Shown here piece by piece: positions 25,469-26,347 of a stretch of 26,347 nt of DNA. The translations under genes and the position numbers were made by a program. The DNA lies in contig JBKJVA010000319.1 in assembly GCA_046589675.1 (NCBI GenBank), forward strand, positions 1-26,347. Reading direction: 5' to 3'. The notes under the pieces were generated by a model. That model was not told the origin of the DNA, ran no database searches, and saw nothing but the letters and a program-made list of their open reading frames with translations. This DNA is from Usitatibacteraceae bacterium (lineage in GTDB: Bacteria; Pseudomonadota; Gammaproteobacteria; Burkholderiales; Usitatibacteraceae). Each line of letters opens with the position of its first letter. Within the stretch, counting starts at the first letter, position 1.

Positions 25469-26347
25469 TCATTCTTCGACAAACGCCTCTTCGCGCTTCT
25501 TACGAATCGCCGGCAACATGATGATAATCAAAAGCAGCAACGAAATAGCCAGAAGCGTCGCCGACAAAGGCCGCGTGATAAATGTCATCGGATCGCCGCG
25601 CGAAAGTAGCATGGCGCGGCGCAGATTTTCTTCCATCATCGGGCCGAGAATAAAGCCCAGTAATAGCGGTGCAGGTTCACATTCAAGCTTCACGAACACA
25701 TAGCCGACAAATCCGAAAATGGCGGTCATGATGACGTCGAACGGGCTGTTTGAAAGCGAGTAAACGCCGATACAGCAGAACACCAGGATAGCCGGATAAA
25801 GCAGCCGATAGGGCACCTTCAATAGTTTTATCCATATGCCAATGAGGGGGAGGTTCAGGATCACCAGCATTAAATTGCCGATCCACATCGACACGATCAT
25901 TCCCCAAAACAAATTCGGACGCTCGGTCATCACCTGCGGGCCTGGCTGGATCCCCTGGATAATCATCGCACCGACCATTAGTGCCATTACCGGGTTTGGA
26001 GGGATGCCAAGAGTGAGCAGCGGGATAAAGGAAGTCTGTGCCGCAGCGTTATTTGCGGACTCCGGTGCAGCGACGCCACGGATGTCGCCTTTGCCGAACT
26101 TCGATGGATCCTTCGCAATTTTCTTCTCCAGCGTGTAGGCTGAAAACGCGCCTAGAATGGCACCGCCACCAGGCAAAATTCCCAATAACGATCCCAGCGC
26201 CGTACCACGCAACACCGCGGGGTAGGCTTCCTTAAAATCCTTCTTGGTCGGCCACAATGAAGATACCTTGCTGGTAAATACCTCACGCGCTTCGCCCTGT
26301 TCCAGGTTTTTGATAATCTCGGCGAACCCGAAAACGCCCATCGCAAT
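25469..26347 (-). CDS. tctA: Tripartite tricarboxylate transporter large permease, C-terminal part (starts outside the window)
   Basis: LRGTALGSLLGILPGGGA, GVAAPESANNAAAQTSFIPLLTLGIPPNPVMAL, GIQPGP, APLLLGFILGPMMEENLRRA. Confidence 0.96.
   Translation of the reverse strand: MAMGVFGFAEIIKNLEQGEAREVFTSKVSSLWPTKKDFKEAYPAVLRGTALGSLLGILPGGGAILGAFSAYTLEKKIAKDPSKFGKGDIRGVAAPESANNAAAQTSFIPLLTLGIPPNPVMALMVGAMIIQGIQPGPQVMTERPNLFWGMIVSMWIGNLMLVILNLPLIGIWIKLLKVPYRLLYPAILVFCCIGVYSLSNSPFDVIMTAIFGFVGYVFVKLECEPAPLLLGFILGPMMEENLRRAMLLSRGDPMTFITRPLSATLLAISLLLLIIIMLPAIRKKREEAFVEE

Noticed and set aside
1-26347. CRISPR arrays, tRNA/rRNA genes, IS elements, prophage or defence genes
   Set aside because: No regularly spaced repeats, RNA gene signatures, transposase, integrase or defence-domain motifs were seen.

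Overview
Chromosomal, mostly housekeeping segment of a probable betaproteobacterium, inferred from the fur/bamE-dapB-carAB synteny and protein style. No tRNA, rRNA, CRISPR array, transposase or integrase is visible. Order: carB (cut by the window edge), carA, dapB, bamE (-); fur, secreted guanyl-specific RNase, barstar (+); DUF3047 lipoprotein, putA, thioredoxin, dps, FMN reductase, two pirins (-); YhaJ-like LysR (+); DUF952 (-); gluQRS (+); RND adaptor and permease with no outer-membrane channel (+); 7-TM diguanylate cyclase (-) divergent from a PhcB-like SAM methyltransferase (+); cytoplasmic GGT-family hydrolase (-) divergent from a type II haloacid dehalogenase (+); small CCGxGCxPC protein and tctA (-, cut by the edge). 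The best candidate for an undescribed system is 20353-22796: a methyltransferase carrying the KPxGYAGD motif of the Ralstonia PhcB signal-synthase family, paired head-to-head with an intact membrane-sensor c-di-GMP cyclase rather than a PhcS/PhcR two-component pair. Their 320-bp spacer holds a perfect CRP-type box, opposed -10 elements and an orphan + strand terminator. All family calls come from motif recognition by eye; no database searches were run.
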